Below are positions 47,893-57,137 of a stretch of 64,000 bases of DNA, one piece after another. A program made the translations under genes and the position numbers. The notes beneath the pieces were generated by a model. That model had not been told where the DNA came from. It saw only the letters and a list, made by a program, of their open reading frames with translations, and did no database searches. The stretch covers positions 930 to 64,929 of the forward strand of contig CACBMH010000001.1 in NCBI GenBank assembly GCA_902539825.1, read 5' to 3'. Each line of letters starts with the position of its first letter. Within the stretch, counting starts at the first letter, position 1. This stretch comes from an uncultured Alphaproteobacteria bacterium (GTDB lineage: Bacteria > Pseudomonadota > Alphaproteobacteria > HIMB59 > GCA-002718135).

Positions 47893-48425
47893 ATCAAAAT
47901 AAAATATCTCTAGCAAAAAAGACTTTACAATATTTAGAGAAAAAAAAATTAAGAGACATTAATCTTAAAAATTTTTTATCTAATACTAAAGTACCAAATA
48001 TGAATAATAAAATTGATTTAATTTTAAATATTAATGACTTCTTTGATTTTCAATTAAAAAAAAATCTTGTTAATATAGAAAAGTCATCACAGAGAGATAT
48101 GTTATTTGAAATTATGATGGCACGTTATGATATATTGAATGAATATAGAACTTCTGTAAAAAATATAATTAATTATTTTATGTCTAGACCACAAGGGGTT
48201 TTAAAACTTATTCCTAAATTAATTGAGAGTAAAATTTTAATTGCTAATTTTGCAGATATTAATCCTAGTGGAATTCGGGGTGTTATAAAAATAAAAATTA
48301 TTTTTGTGCTTTACTATATAACTCTATTTACTTGGTTTAATGATGAGAATGAAAGTTTAGAAAAAACAATGAGTGTCTTAGATAAATATTTAAACAATAT
48401 TGAAAAAGTTATAAAATTTTCATGA
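47889..48425 (+). CDS. COQ9-like / rpsU-divergently-transcribed family protein (tentative)
   Basis: 178 aa helical protein with a GTG start overlapping the proC stop. Its resemblance to COQ9-family proteins is by general pattern only. Confidence 0.4.
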   Translation: MNQNKISLAKKTLQYLEKKKLRDINLKNFLSNTKVPNMNNKIDLILNINDFFDFQLKKNLVNIEKSSQRDMLFEIMMARYDILNEYRTSVKNIINYFMSRPQGVLKLIPKLIESKILIANFADINPSGIRGVIKIKIIFVLYYITLFTWFNDENESLEKTMSVLDKYLNNIEKVIKFS

Positions 48426-48769
48426 GCTCTAACAATTTTATAAATTACAAAGAATTTGAAAATGTAGATATTAGGATAGGAACAGTAATTGAAGCGTATG
48501 AATATAATGAACTTAAAAAACCATCCATAATTTTGAATATAGATTTTGGTGAAAAAATTGGTATAAAAAAAACTTCTGCACAATTACAAAAATATTATAA
48601 AAGTAATGAATTAATTAATAAGCAAGTAATTGCTGTTGTAAACTTTGAACCTAAACAAATTGGTAAAATTATTTCAGAAGTATTAGTGCTTGGTGTGCCA
48701 GATTTAGAAAACGAACCAATTTTATTGTCTCCAGATAAACCAGTAAATAATGGGGGTAAATTATTTTAA
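48422..48769 (+). CDS. csaA: tRNA-binding domain protein (CsaA-like)
   Basis: 115 aa with FENVDIRIGTVIEA ... VVNFEPKQIGKIISEVLVLG, typical of the EMAP/CsaA OB-fold. Confidence 0.8.
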   Translation: MSSNNFINYKEFENVDIRIGTVIEAYEYNELKKPSIILNIDFGEKIGIKKTSAQLQKYYKSNELINKQVIAVVNFEPKQIGKIISEVLVLGVPDLENEPILLSPDKPVNNGGKLF

Positions 48770-48771
48770 AG

Positions 48772-50064
48772 TCAAAGAGGAAGTAAAACTTTAAGTTGAA
48801 GACCTCCTAGATTTGAGTCAGATAATTTAACATCACCTCCATGTGATCTAATAATATCCCTTGTAATAGTTAATCCTAAGCCGCTTTCTCCTTTAAGTTT
48901 GTTCCTTGAAGGATCTAAAGTAAAAAATGGTTTAAATACATCTTCATATCTATCTCTTGGTATACCCTGACCGTCATCATTAAATTCAATCACACAATCC
49001 TTTTCATTTGTATAAAGAATTATTTCAATTTTTTTTGCATATCTTTGCGAATTGTCAATTATGTTATTAAAAGCTCTTTTAAGTTGTATCTGTCTACCAG
49101 AAGTTTTAATAGTTTTTTTTTCTTTAATAGATAACTCAATTCCACTTTTTTCAACTGTCTTTATAATATCACAAATTAATTCATTAATTATAATTGTTTC
49201 TATTGGCTCAGGTGATTCTGTTTTTACAAAACTAACATAACTATCCAACATTGAAGTCATTTCATTAACATCTACTTCTAGTTCAGATTTTGCTTTCTCA
49301 TCTTTCATCAATGAAATTTGTAATTTCATTCTTGTTAAAGGAGTTCTAAGATCATGGCTAACACCAGCTAGCATTTCTGTTCTTTGCTTTAAAAATCTTT
49401 TAATTCTTGTCCTCATCTGATTGAAAGCATTAGCCGTTTGTCTTATTTCATATGCGCCTGCAGTCTTAATATCTGGAGCATCTAAACCTCTTCCAAATGT
49501 CTCAGCAATTATTGCCAGTCTTTTAAGGGGTCTTAATTGTCTACTCATTAAAAAGTAAGACATAAAAAAAAGAATAATAGAGGCAAAAATCATCCAAAGC
49601 AGAAAGACAAAAGCAGATTCACTATAAAGCCTATCTTTATTAACATTAATTTCTAAAATATCCTCATCAATTTGAATATATATTAGAACACCCTCTTCAA
49701 GATTTGACAAATCATAATCAAACTTTTTTTTCAAATTACTTAAAGATTGATTTAATCTATTAGATAATATTCCTGAATTTAAACTAAATTTTGAAGACAA
49801 TAATTGTTTATCACTAATAATATTAATTTTCATTTTAAAATCCTGATTTGCTATATTAATTGCATTATCAGTCAGATCACTATTAATTAATTTTACTAAA
49901 ACATTAATGTCAGCAGCCACAGATTCGGTTAGTCTTTTAGAAATAATACTCCACGAGGTTTGATAAAAAACAAAAGAAGTAAGTAGGACTATAATAATTA
50001 TAGGTACAAAGATAATAATTATTGATCTTCCAATTAGCGTAGAAGGTATTATTTTTTTAATCAT
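48772..50064 (-). CDS. Sensor histidine kinase (EnvZ-like: 2 TM, HAMP, HisKA, HATPase)
   Basis: 430 aa with H-box AGVSHDLRTPLTRM, N-box NIIDNSQRYA and G-boxes DDGQGIP and GLGLTI. Confidence 0.88.
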   Translation of the reverse strand: MIKKIIPSTLIGRSIIIIFVPIIIIVLLTSFVFYQTSWSIISKRLTESVAADINVLVKLINSDLTDNAINIANQDFKMKINIISDKQLLSSKFSLNSGILSNRLNQSLSNLKKKFDYDLSNLEEGVLIYIQIDEDILEINVNKDRLYSESAFVFLLWMIFASIILFFMSYFLMSRQLRPLKRLAIIAETFGRGLDAPDIKTAGAYEIRQTANAFNQMRTRIKRFLKQRTEMLAGVSHDLRTPLTRMKLQISLMKDEKAKSELEVDVNEMTSMLDSYVSFVKTESPEPIETIIINELICDIIKTVEKSGIELSIKEKKTIKTSGRQIQLKRAFNNIIDNSQRYAKKIEIILYTNEKDCVIEFNDDGQGIPRDRYEDVFKPFFTLDPSRNKLKGESGLGLTITRDIIRSHGGDVKLSDSNLGGLQLKVLLPL

Positions 50065-50744
50065 TAAATTTCATTACAAATTAATTTATATCCTTTACCT
50101 CTAATAGTTTTAATAAATTGAGGTTGTTTTGCATTTGTTTCAATTTTTTGTCTTAAACGCGTAACTTGTACATCAACTTTTCTAAGTTCAGTTTCATCAA
50201 ACTCCTGTTCTGCTAGTTCTTCTCTTAAAACAATATCATTTCTTTTATTTATTAATTTTACAAGTAAATTATTTTCTCCTTCTGTTAAATAAATTAATCT
50301 ATCATTTTTTTGTAATTTAAAATTAGATGTATCAAAGGTAAATTCTCCAAACGAAATCTTAATTTTTTTGTTTTTAAGGTTTTCAAATAAATCTAGTAAA
50401 TTTTTAATTCTCAAAAATAATTCTTCTGGCTCAAATGGTTTAGATAAATAATCATCAGCACCAATTTTTAATCCATCAATTTTATCTTTGTCCTCTCCCA
50501 TTGCTGTAAGCATTATTATTGGTGTATTAGAAAATTGTTTTATATGTTCAATAAGCTCTATACCATCACCACTTGGCATCATTCTATCAAGAATGATTAA
50601 ATCAAACAAAACAAGAGATACAATTTCTTTTGCTTCATTGTAATCTTCACTTTGATAAACTTGTAATTTTTTTTCAGTTAAATAATCTTTAAGCAGTTCT
50701 CTCAATCTTTTATCATCATCAACAATCAAGATATTTTTATTCAT
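50064..50744 (-). CDS. OmpR-family response regulator
   Basis: 226 aa with a receiver domain (DDD, DLIILDRMMPSGDG, KP) and a winged-helix output (IKTIRGKGYKL). Confidence 0.9.
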   Translation of the reverse strand: MNKNILIVDDDKRLRELLKDYLTEKKLQVYQSEDYNEAKEIVSLVLFDLIILDRMMPSGDGIELIEHIKQFSNTPIIMLTAMGEDKDKIDGLKIGADDYLSKPFEPEELFLRIKNLLDLFENLKNKKIKISFGEFTFDTSNFKLQKNDRLIYLTEGENNLLVKLINKRNDIVLREELAEQEFDETELRKVDVQVTRLRQKIETNAKQPQFIKTIRGKGYKLICNEI

Positions 50745-50746
50745 TA

Positions 50747-51232
50747 TTATCTGTTTATTTCATCAAATTTTTCTTTATTTTTATCTTCGACCAATTCATA
50801 AAGTATTTTTTTAAAACCATTAATATCCATTTCATTAAATTTTAATAAAACATTACGTATTTTTTTTATTTGAATCTCAGATAATCTTTTCTCTAATTCT
50901 TGACCTTTTTTTGAAAGTATTAATTTTTTAGTGCGCTTATCTTCTCCAACAGATAATATAATATATTTTTCTTTTACAAGTTGGTTCAATACTCTAGACA
51001 AACTTTGTTTAGTTATTTTTAATATTGAAAGAAGATCCTTAATTGTAAGATTTTTTTGCTTTCCAACAAAATATATTACTCGATGATGTGCTCTACCAAA
51101 ATTTATTTTTTCCAAAATTTTATCAGGACCTTCTGTAAAATCTCTATATGAGAAAAATAATAGCTCTATAATCTTCCTAATTTCCCTTTCATTTAAAAAA
51201 AGAGGTGTTAACAATTTATTTAGGTCAGCCAT
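50747..51232 (-). CDS. MarR-family transcriptional regulator (PetP-like position upstream of the response regulator)
   Basis: 161 aa with a winged HTH, LTIKDLLSILKITKQSLSRVLNQLVKEKYI...DKRTKKLILSKKG. Confidence 0.8.
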   Translation of the reverse strand: MADLNKLLTPLFLNEREIRKIIELLFFSYRDFTEGPDKILEKINFGRAHHRVIYFVGKQKNLTIKDLLSILKITKQSLSRVLNQLVKEKYIILSVGEDKRTKKLILSKKGQELEKRLSEIQIKKIRNVLLKFNEMDINGFKKILYELVEDKNKEKFDEINR

Positions 51233-51291
51233 ATTGACTTAATTATGCATCACTGATAGTCAATTGTCATTAAAAAAAGTTAATAAAGAAT

Positions 51292-52176
51292 ATGCTTAAA
51301 TCATTTGAAAATAGAGATGGATGGATTTGGATGAATGGTAAAATAATTCCATGGCAAGATGCAAATTCCCATGTAATCTCCCAAGGTCTTCATTATGCAA
51401 GCGCAGTATTTGAGGGAGAAAGGGCCTACAATGGTAAGATTTTTAAATCAGAGGAGCATACTAAAAGGTTTTTTAAATCTGCTGAAATAATTGGAATGGA
51501 AATTCCTTTCACGCATGATCAAATTAATAATGCAAAATACGAACTTATTAATAAAATGAATTATAAAAATTGTTATGTAAGACCACTTGCTTGGAGAGGT
51601 GGAGATCAAATGGGTTTATCAACAGGTAAATCAAATATCAATGTAGCTATTGCTGTTTGGGATGATTGGGCAACTTATTTTAAAATTGAAGATCAAAAAG
51701 CAGGTTTGAGATTAATTACATCTCCTTGGAAAAGACCTGCACCAGATACTGCTCCATATGAAGCAAAAGCTTCTGGACCCTACATCATTTGTACTCTGTC
51801 AAAAGAATTTGCAGAAAGAAAAGGCTATCACGATGCCTTGATGCTAGATTACAGAGGTTATGTTGCTGAAGGAACAGGAGCAAATATTTTTTTTATTAAG
51901 GACAATAATATCCATACTCCTATACCAGATTGTTTTCTTAATGGGATTACACGTCAAACAGTTATTGAAATGGCAACTAATCAAGGTTTTGAAATAACAG
52001 AAAAGCATTTAATGCCTGACGAAATCGGAAATTATGATGAAGCTTTTTTAACGGGAACTGCTGCAGAAATTACTCCTATTAAATCAATTGACGATTTTAA
52101 ATATAATACCGGCGATAATACTACTACTTTTAAATTTATGAATGATTTTAGCGATATGGTTAAAAACTCTAGCTAG
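51292..52176 (+). CDS. ilvE: Branched-chain amino acid aminotransferase (fold type IV)
   Basis: 294 aa with HYASAVFEGERAY, EGTGANIFF and LTGTAAEITPI motifs. Confidence 0.9.
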   Translation: MLKSFENRDGWIWMNGKIIPWQDANSHVISQGLHYASAVFEGERAYNGKIFKSEEHTKRFFKSAEIIGMEIPFTHDQINNAKYELINKMNYKNCYVRPLAWRGGDQMGLSTGKSNINVAIAVWDDWATYFKIEDQKAGLRLITSPWKRPAPDTAPYEAKASGPYIICTLSKEFAERKGYHDALMLDYRGYVAEGTGANIFFIKDNNIHTPIPDCFLNGITRQTVIEMATNQGFEITEKHLMPDEIGNYDEAFLTGTAAEITPIKSIDDFKYNTGDNTTTFKFMNDFSDMVKNSS

Positions 52177-52585
52177 AATTCTCTAGCCATTTATTATCTT
52201 TATAATAAAATTCATTTTTCCAGAACGGTGCATCTTTTTTTAAATAATTCATAATAAACTCACAAGCTTCAAAACTATTTTTTCTATGTTGTGAAAAACA
52301 ACATACTAAAACAATTTTTTCATTAACAATTAATTTTCCATATCTATGAATTATCAAAGTATCAATTAAACTCCATCTTTCAGTCGCGTTATTTTCAATT
52401 TTTGATAATTCTTTAAATGCCATTTCTTCATAAACTTCTAAGTTTAAATATTTAACATCTTTATTGTTATTTAAATCTCTTACATACCCAACAAAAGAAG
52501 TTAGTGCTCCTATGTCTGAATGTTTATTTTTAATTTTTTCTATTTCTTCTTCTAAATTAAAATTTTTTTTTTGTATTTTTATCAT
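52169..52585 (-). CDS. moaE: Molybdopterin synthase catalytic subunit
   Basis: 138 aa with GALTSFVGYVR, IIHRYGKL, HRKNSFEACEFIMNYLKKDAPFWK. Confidence 0.88.
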   Translation of the reverse strand: MIKIQKKNFNLEEEIEKIKNKHSDIGALTSFVGYVRDLNNNKDVKYLNLEVYEEMAFKELSKIENNATERWSLIDTLIIHRYGKLIVNEKIVLVCCFSQHRKNSFEACEFIMNYLKKDAPFWKNEFYYKDNKWLENSS

Positions 52586-52830
52586 TATCCACCACTAACT
52601 GGCGGAAAGATTGCAATTTCATCAATTGGTTTTAAATTCAAATTTTCTGAAACATATTCTTGATTAACTGCAAATCTTAAAACATCTTGTAAAAAATGTT
52701 TTTTTAGCTCAGGGTATAAATTTTCTAAATATTTTTTTAATTCTTGTATGGATTTAGGGTGATTTATATCAATTATTTCGTCTTCTTTATTTGTTATATC
52801 CTTAATCCAAGCAAAATATCGAATTCTCAT
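52585..52830 (-). CDS. moaD: Molybdopterin synthase sulfur-carrier subunit
   Basis: 81 aa ubiquitin-like protein ending in FPPVSGG. Abuts moaE. Confidence 0.88.
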   Translation of the reverse strand: MRIRYFAWIKDITNKEDEIIDINHPKSIQELKKYLENLYPELKKHFLQDVLRFAVNQEYVSENLNLKPIDEIAIFPPVSGG

Positions 52831-52831
52831 T

Positions 52832-53374
52832 TTAAAAATGTTTTATTGATCCTTTAATATAATCATAGGCTGTGTAGAGAGTTAGAATTCCGGCAATCCA
52901 TAGAAAAGTCTTACCTAAATAAATAATAAAAAATAAATTTAGATTGCTCTCGGATAATATAAGTAATCCAAGTGAAGCTAGTTGAAGGAAGGTTTTTGCT
53001 TTTGCAATTCTTGAAACTGGTATACTAATTTTTATCCCCGCTAAATATTCTCTTAAACCTGATACTGTTATTTCTCTTAGTAATATTATTAGAGCTGGAA
53101 TAGTATCCCAGTCTTTTATTACACCTTTTGAAGTTAAAATAAGAATAACTGCTGCTACTAATAATTTATCTGCAATTGGATCTAAAAATGTTCCAAAGTT
53201 TGTAACTTCATTTCTTAGTCTTGCTAAATAACCATCAAAGTAATCTGTTATTCCAGCTAAACAAAATAAAATAAAGGCAATCCAGCCAAAGTATGGATTC
53301 GTAAGATATATACAAAGCACAATAATTGGGATTATAATTATTCTAATTATTGTCAGAATATTTGATAAATTCAT
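52832..53374 (-). CDS. pgsA: CDP-diacylglycerol--glycerol-3-phosphate 3-phosphatidyltransferase
   Basis: 180 aa with the CDP-alcohol phosphatidyltransferase motif DYFDGYLARLRNEVTNFGTFLDPIADK. Confidence 0.9.
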   Translation of the reverse strand: MNLSNILTIIRIIIIPIIVLCIYLTNPYFGWIAFILFCLAGITDYFDGYLARLRNEVTNFGTFLDPIADKLLVAAVILILTSKGVIKDWDTIPALIILLREITVSGLREYLAGIKISIPVSRIAKAKTFLQLASLGLLILSESNLNLFFIIYLGKTFLWIAGILTLYTAYDYIKGSIKHF

Positions 53375-53401
53375 TTCTATTCTTTGTAGATGAAGAATTT
53401 T

Positions 53402-55234
53402 TTAAACGCTATGAAAATATTCATAAATTTTTGTTAGAATTGACTCAGGTATAGATTTAACCTCTTTTAATTCATCTAAACTAGCTAATTTTAATTTCTC
53501 CACTGTGCCAAAGTGTTTTTTTAAAATTTTCTTTCTTTCAGGACCCACCCCTTCTATTTCATCAAACACAGATCTGACACTCATCTTTGTTCTTTTTGAT
53601 CGATGTGTTGTTATTGCGAATCTGTGCACTTCATCTCTAATATTTTGTAAAAAGTGCAGAAGTGGATTATTTTCATTTAATCTATGTGTAAATTTATCAT
53701 GTATCAGAATTTCTCTACCTGCATCTCTTTCTTCGCCTTTTGCCATAGAGATAATTGGTATATCTATTTTTAAATTATCTAATACTTTTTTTGCAGAATT
53801 ATATTGTCCTTTGCCTCCATCAATAAGCAATAAACTTGGCAAATCTAATTCGTCTTGAAATTTTGAATTACTAAATCTCCTAGTTAGCATTTCTTTCATC
53901 ATATAATAATCATCAACTTTATTTTTGTTTTCTTCAAGATCAAATCGAATATTAAATTTTCTATAATTTGATTTTATAAATCCATTTTGATTATAGGCAA
54001 CCATTACACCTATAGGATGTTTTCCAAATGTATGGCTGTTATCGTAAGCTTCTATTTTTATAATTTCATCTTTGAATTTAAATATTTTTTTAATTTCTGC
54101 ATTAAAGTTATCAAAAGATTTAAGTTTATTTAATTTGATGTCTAAATTTATTTTAGAATTTCTTTCTGCAAATTTAAGTAAATTTTTTTTAGGTCCTTTT
54201 AAAGGTTTAATAAATTTTGTTTTATCAAAATTTTTTCCTAAAATTTGTGAATTATTTTTTTTATCAATAGTGATGTTAGTAATAATTGTTTCAGGAATAT
54301 CTTTTTCTGCATAAAATATATTTAAGAAACCTAACATTATTTCTTCATGATCCAATAAGTTGTCATGATCTGGGTAGAAAGCTTTACCACCATAAGAAGT
54401 ATTATTTCTAAAAAAACTTCCATAAATACATGTTTTGCCTTCACTTGATGTTATTGCAAAAATATCAGCATTTTTAATATCCTTAATCTTAATTGAATTA
54501 TTTTGCTCAATATGTTTTAAAGCTTTAAGTCTATCTCTTAAAGATGCTGCTAATTCAAAATTATTTTTTTTTGAAGCATTATACATCTGATCTGTAAAAT
54601 TTTTTTGTATTTTTTGAGAATTTCCACTACTGAGAAAATCATCTGCTGCCTCTATTAATTTTGAATAGGCTTCTTTGGTTATTTTGCCTCCGCAAGGACC
54701 AGAACATCTTTTAAGATAATAATTGAAGCACAATTTATTTCCTGCATTTACTTCTTTATCTGTGCATGATCTTAAAAGAAATATTCGTTGTATTGTATTG
54801 ATAGTTCTGTTTACTGCATCTGGACTTGCAAATGGCCCATAATATCTACCTTTTTTCTTTTTAGGACCGCGATGTTTTTCAATTCTAGGAAAATCATGTT
54901 CAGATGAAATAAATATATAAGGGAATGATTTGTCGTCCCTTAACAAAACATTAAATCTAGGTTTATGTTTTTTAATTAAATTACATTCAAGTATGATTGC
55001 TTCTAACTCTGTATTTGTTACAAAGAAGTTCATTGATTTAGTTAGACTAACCATTCTTTGAATTCTTCTAGTTAGGTTATTTAAAGATAGATAATTCTTC
55101 ACTCTATTGGATAATACTTTTGCTTTTCCAATATATAGAATGTTGCCATTTTCATCTCGCATTTGGTAAACACCAGGTTGATTTGGTAAAGTTTTAGATG
55201 TAGCCTTTATAATCTCTTGTCCAAGAAGCGTCAT
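53402..55234 (-). CDS. uvrC: Excinuclease ABC subunit C
   Basis: 610 aa with GIY-YIG (GVYQMRDENGNILYIGKA), a UVR domain, an endonuclease V-like domain and a C-terminal (HhH)2. Confidence 0.95.
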   Translation of the reverse strand: MTLLGQEIIKATSKTLPNQPGVYQMRDENGNILYIGKAKVLSNRVKNYLSLNNLTRRIQRMVSLTKSMNFFVTNTELEAIILECNLIKKHKPRFNVLLRDDKSFPYIFISSEHDFPRIEKHRGPKKKKGRYYGPFASPDAVNRTINTIQRIFLLRSCTDKEVNAGNKLCFNYYLKRCSGPCGGKITKEAYSKLIEAADDFLSSGNSQKIQKNFTDQMYNASKKNNFELAASLRDRLKALKHIEQNNSIKIKDIKNADIFAITSSEGKTCIYGSFFRNNTSYGGKAFYPDHDNLLDHEEIMLGFLNIFYAEKDIPETIITNITIDKKNNSQILGKNFDKTKFIKPLKGPKKNLLKFAERNSKINLDIKLNKLKSFDNFNAEIKKIFKFKDEIIKIEAYDNSHTFGKHPIGVMVAYNQNGFIKSNYRKFNIRFDLEENKNKVDDYYMMKEMLTRRFSNSKFQDELDLPSLLLIDGGKGQYNSAKKVLDNLKIDIPIISMAKGEERDAGREILIHDKFTHRLNENNPLLHFLQNIRDEVHRFAITTHRSKRTKMSVRSVFDEIEGVGPERKKILKKHFGTVEKLKLASLDELKEVKSIPESILTKIYEYFHSV

Positions 55235-55367
55235 TTTATCAATCGTAAATAATTAATTTTTTCTTTAAATAGGAATTTTATAAAATTAATAAATAACTAA
55301 CAAGATTATTGTAGTTCATTTAATAATTAATTTAATGTAGGTAAGAATAATATATTAAGGATTTATA

Positions 55368-57137
55368 ATGGCAAAAATGACGACAGAAGAGGCTTTCGTA
55401 AAAGTTTTACAAAAACACGGTATTCAACACGCTTTTGGAATAATTGGTTCGGCATTTATGCCGATATCAGATCTTTTTCCTAAAGCTGGAATAACATTTT
55501 GGGATGTTGCTCATGAGTCAAACGGTGGAATTATGGCTGATGGCTATACAAGATCTACTGGTAAAATTGCAATGTGTATTGCGCAAAATGGACCTGGTAT
55601 AACTGGCTTGGTTACACCTATAAAAACTGCTTTTTGGAATCATACTCCAATGCTCTTAGTTACTCCTCAAGCAGCTAATAAAACTATTGGTCAAGGAGGT
55701 TTCCAAGAAGTTGAGCAAATGAACTTATTTAAAGATATGGTGTGCTATCAAGAAGAAGTAAGAGATCCCTCCAGAGTTGCAGAGGTTTTAAATAGAGTAA
55801 TTTCAAAAGCTATTAAAGGATCTGCTCCTGCTCAATTAAATATACCAAGAGATTTTTGGACTCAAGTTGTTGATATTGATCTGCCACCTATAATTAAATT
55901 TGAAAGACCTGCTGGTGGAACAGAAGCAATTAAAGAAGCTGCTGATCTTTTATCTAATGCAAAATTCCCAGTCATTTTGTCTGGTGCTGGAGTAATATTA
56001 GCTGACGCTATTGATGATTGCAAAAAACTTGCTGAAAAATTAAGCGCTCCTGTTGCTTGCGGATACCAACACAATGATAGTTTTCCAGGCAAACATCCCC
56101 TTGCGGTTGGTCCTTTAGGATACAATGGATCTAAAGCAGCAATGGAAATAATATCTAAGGCAGATGTAGTTTTAGCACTTGGTACAAGATTAAATCCCTT
56201 CTCAACTTTACCAGGTTATGGAATAGATTATTGGCCAAAAAATGCGGCTGTTATTCAAGTTGATATCAATTCTGATCGCATTGGTTTAACAAAAAAAATA
56301 AGCGTTGGTATTTGTGGAGATGCAAAACTAGTTGCAGAACAAATTTTAGAAAACCTTACAACAAATGCAGGTGATCAAAATAGAAAAGAACGAGAGGATT
56401 TAATTCATAAGACAAAGTCAGCTTGGCTTCAAACATTAACTGGCCTTGATCATGAAGAAGATGATCCTGGTACATCTTGGAATAAAGATTCACGAGATAG
56501 AGAACCAGAAAAAATGTCACCAAGAATGGCATGGCGAGCTATTCAAGCAGGTCTTCCTGAAGATGCAATTATATCAAGTGATATAGGAAATAATTGTGCA
56601 ATAGGTAATGCATATCCAACATTTGAGAATGGTAGAAAGTATTTAGCACCTGGTTTATTTGGGCCATGTGGGTATGGTTTTCCATCTGTAATTGGAGCAA
56701 AGATAGGTTGTCCTAATACACCAGTTGTTGGTTTTGCAGGTGACGGCGCATTTGGAATTAGTATGAGTGAAATGACTTCTTGCAATAGAGAAGGTTGGCC
56801 AAATATTACAATGATTATTTTTAGAAATTATCAATGGGGAGCGGAGAAAAGAAATACTACACTTTGGTATAATAATAATTTTGTTGGAACAGAACTTGAT
56901 CCTAAATTAAGCTATGCAAAGATTGCAGAAGCATGTGGATTTAAAGGTGTTAAAGTTTACACTCAAGAGGAACTAACAGAAGCTTTGCAACAATCTTGCA
57001 AGGATCAAATGGAAGGCATAACTACTTTTATAGAAGTTATGTTAAATCAAGAACTAGGTGAACCTTTTAGACGAGATGCTATGAAAGCCCCAGTTGAAGT
57101 TGCTGGAATTGATCCAAAAGATACAGTAGTTCAATAA
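55368..57137 (+). CDS. xsc: Sulfoacetaldehyde acetyltransferase (ThDP-dependent)
   Basis: 589 aa. The N-terminus MAKMTTEEAFVKVLQKHGIQHAFGIIGSAFMPISDLFPKAGITFWDVAHE and TPQAANKTIGQGGFQEVEQM closely match my memory of characterised Xsc proteins. ThDP motif GDGAFG. Confidence 0.8.
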   Translation: MAKMTTEEAFVKVLQKHGIQHAFGIIGSAFMPISDLFPKAGITFWDVAHESNGGIMADGYTRSTGKIAMCIAQNGPGITGLVTPIKTAFWNHTPMLLVTPQAANKTIGQGGFQEVEQMNLFKDMVCYQEEVRDPSRVAEVLNRVISKAIKGSAPAQLNIPRDFWTQVVDIDLPPIIKFERPAGGTEAIKEAADLLSNAKFPVILSGAGVILADAIDDCKKLAEKLSAPVACGYQHNDSFPGKHPLAVGPLGYNGSKAAMEIISKADVVLALGTRLNPFSTLPGYGIDYWPKNAAVIQVDINSDRIGLTKKISVGICGDAKLVAEQILENLTTNAGDQNRKEREDLIHKTKSAWLQTLTGLDHEEDDPGTSWNKDSRDREPEKMSPRMAWRAIQAGLPEDAIISSDIGNNCAIGNAYPTFENGRKYLAPGLFGPCGYGFPSVIGAKIGCPNTPVVGFAGDGAFGISMSEMTSCNREGWPNITMIIFRNYQWGAEKRNTTLWYNNNFVGTELDPKLSYAKIAEACGFKGVKVYTQEELTEALQQSCKDQMEGITTFIEVMLNQELGEPFRRDAMKAPVEVAGIDPKDTVVQ

